From an uncultured delta proteobacterium (GTDB lineage Bacteria > Myxococcota > Myxococcia > Myxococcales > Myxococcaceae), in NCBI GenBank assembly GCA_963776345.1, contig CAVZMH010000022.1, positions 128,001-192,000 on the forward strand: a stretch of 64,000 bases of DNA, given 5' to 3'. Positions within the stretch are counted from its first letter, which is position 1, and each line of letters begins with the position of its first letter. The position numbers and the translations under genes are program-made. Below, one piece after another: positions 62,706 through 64,000 of the stretch. The notes below the pieces were generated by a model. That model searched no databases, was not told the DNA's origin, and worked only from the letters and a program-made list of their open reading frames with translations.

Positions 62706-63884
62706 GTGGAGCGGAGCGGGGTGGAGGCGCTGTACCGGCTGGACGACGCGCTGTCGGCCGACGAGCGCGCCGTCCGTGAGGCGGTGGCCCGGGTGGTGGA
62801 CACCGAGGTGCTCCCGGTCATCGGCCGGCACTTCCGCGAGGGGACCTTCCCGGCGCAGCTCATCCCCCGGCTCGGCGAGCTCGGCGTCCTCGGCGCGAAC
62901 CTCTCGGGGTACGGCTGCGCCGGGGTGAGCAACGTGGCGTACGGGCTCGGGCTGCAAGAGCTCGAGCGCGGCGACTCGGGGCTCCGGAGCTTCGCCTCGG
63001 TGCAGGGGTCGCTGGTGATGTACCCGATCCACAGCTGGGGCTCGGAGGAGCAGAAGCAGCGCTTCCTCCCGGCGATGGCGCGGGGAACGTGCATCGGCTG
63101 CTTCGGGCTCACCGAGCCGGAGGCGGGGTCGGACCCGGCGAGCCTCCGGACCAGGGGCGTGCGCGACGGCGACGGGTGGGTGCTGGACGGGAGCAAGGCG
63201 TGGATCACCAACGGGACGGTGGCCGACGTGGCGGTGGTGTGGGCCAAGACGGGCGAGGGCGGCCCGGAGTCGGTTCGGGGGTTCCTGGTGGAGAAGGGGA
63301 TGCCGGGGTTCGTGGCGAAGGAGATCCCGGGGAAGCTGTCGCTCCGCGCCTCGTGGACCGCGGAGCTGTCGTTCACCGAGGTCCGCGTCCCGGAGCGGAA
63401 CGTGCTTCCCGGCGTGCAGGGGCTCCGCGGTCCGCTGGGCTGTCTGAACAATGCGCGGGCGGGGATCGCCTTCGCGGTGACCGGGGCGGCGATCGCCTGC
63501 TTCGAGTCGGCGCGGGCCTATGCGCTCCAGCGGAGGCAGTTCAACCGGCCCATCGGGTCGTTCCAGCTCACCCAGGAGAAGCTGGCCGACATGCTGGAGC
63601 GCATCGTCCAGGCGCAGCTGCTCGGGCTCCGGCTGTTGCGGCTCAAGGACGACGGGAAGGCGAGCCCGGTGCTGGTGTCACTGGCGAAGCGGGCCAACGT
63701 TCGGTCGGCGCTGGAGATCGCGCGGTCGGCGCGGACCATCCTCGGGGCGAACGGGATCACCGACGACTTCCCGCCGCTCCGGCACGCGCTGAACCTCGAG
63801 TCGGTGCTGACGTACGAGGGCACGCACGAGGTGCACACGCTGGTGCTGGGGAAGGCGATCACCGGGATCGACGCATTCGGGTAA
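62706..63884 (+). CDS. Acyl-CoA dehydrogenase (glutaryl-CoA dehydrogenase-like)
   Basis: ELERGDSGLRS, GCFGLTEP..GSD, KAWITNG, LGANGI, TYEGTHEVH. Confidence 0.92.
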   Translation: MERSGVEALYRLDDALSADERAVREAVARVVDTEVLPVIGRHFREGTFPAQLIPRLGELGVLGANLSGYGCAGVSNVAYGLGLQELERGDSGLRSFASVQGSLVMYPIHSWGSEEQKQRFLPAMARGTCIGCFGLTEPEAGSDPASLRTRGVRDGDGWVLDGSKAWITNGTVADVAVVWAKTGEGGPESVRGFLVEKGMPGFVAKEIPGKLSLRASWTAELSFTEVRVPERNVLPGVQGLRGPLGCLNNARAGIAFAVTGAAIACFESARAYALQRRQFNRPIGSFQLTQEKLADMLERIVQAQLLGLRLLRLKDDGKASPVLVSLAKRANVRSALEIARSARTILGANGITDDFPPLRHALNLESVLTYEGTHEVHTLVLGKAITGIDAFG

Positions 63885-63912
63885 GAAGGGCCGACATTCA
63901 CGGGAGGGTCCC

Positions 63913-64000
63913 ATGAGATGGCCGCTGACAGCCTCGCTGCTCGCCATTCTGTCGGTCGGCTGTGCTCACCCCGGAGCCGGGAGCACCGCCCCCGGTCCGA
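63913..64000 (+). CDS. Putative lipoprotein, 3'-truncated by window edge
   Basis: RBS GGAGG; MRWPLTASLLAILSVGCAHPG with a lipobox-like SVGC. Confidence 0.5.
   Translation, partial: MRWPLTASLLAILSVGCAHPGAGSTAPGP

Overview
Very GC-rich bacterial chromosomal segment (by eye >70% GC). Protein style and a LexA-like box upstream of recA point to Myxococcota (Anaeromyxobacter/Myxococcaceae-like). About 62 mostly housekeeping or metabolic genes: aceB-glcDEF, hflX, msrB, acnA, ggt, a molybdate-type ABC transporter with its own HTH-PBP regulator, glmU-glmS, recA, fmt-rsmB, pfkA and an acyl-CoA dehydrogenase. It also carries three ECF sigma factors, a PafB/PafC-like WYL pair and a hybrid kinase plus diguanylate cyclase. 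I found no rRNA, tRNA, CRISPR array, phage genes or transposase. At least eight small frameshifts (two in glmS) look like long-read indel errors. Most interesting signals: (1) a dispersed GAGGTGTC-W-GACACCTC palindrome that seeds tandem amplification of its right arm at two loci; (2) a shared GTCAAG-N4-CTTGAC operator overlapping TTGACA ahead of both the mod regulator and modA; (3) a catalytically degenerate type II dehydroquinase fused to a KTLG-repeat linker between fmt and rsmB; (4) an ECF/anti-sigma/DUF3106-like/small-protein module in which the small protein copies a motif from the anti-sigma tail; (5) a PafBC-like pair plus a near-match PafBC promoter element and a LexA box upstream of recA; (6) back-to-back ECF promoters driving a Tat phosphoesterase and CuA cupredoxin module. 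Family assignments come from motif recognition by eye, not database searches.
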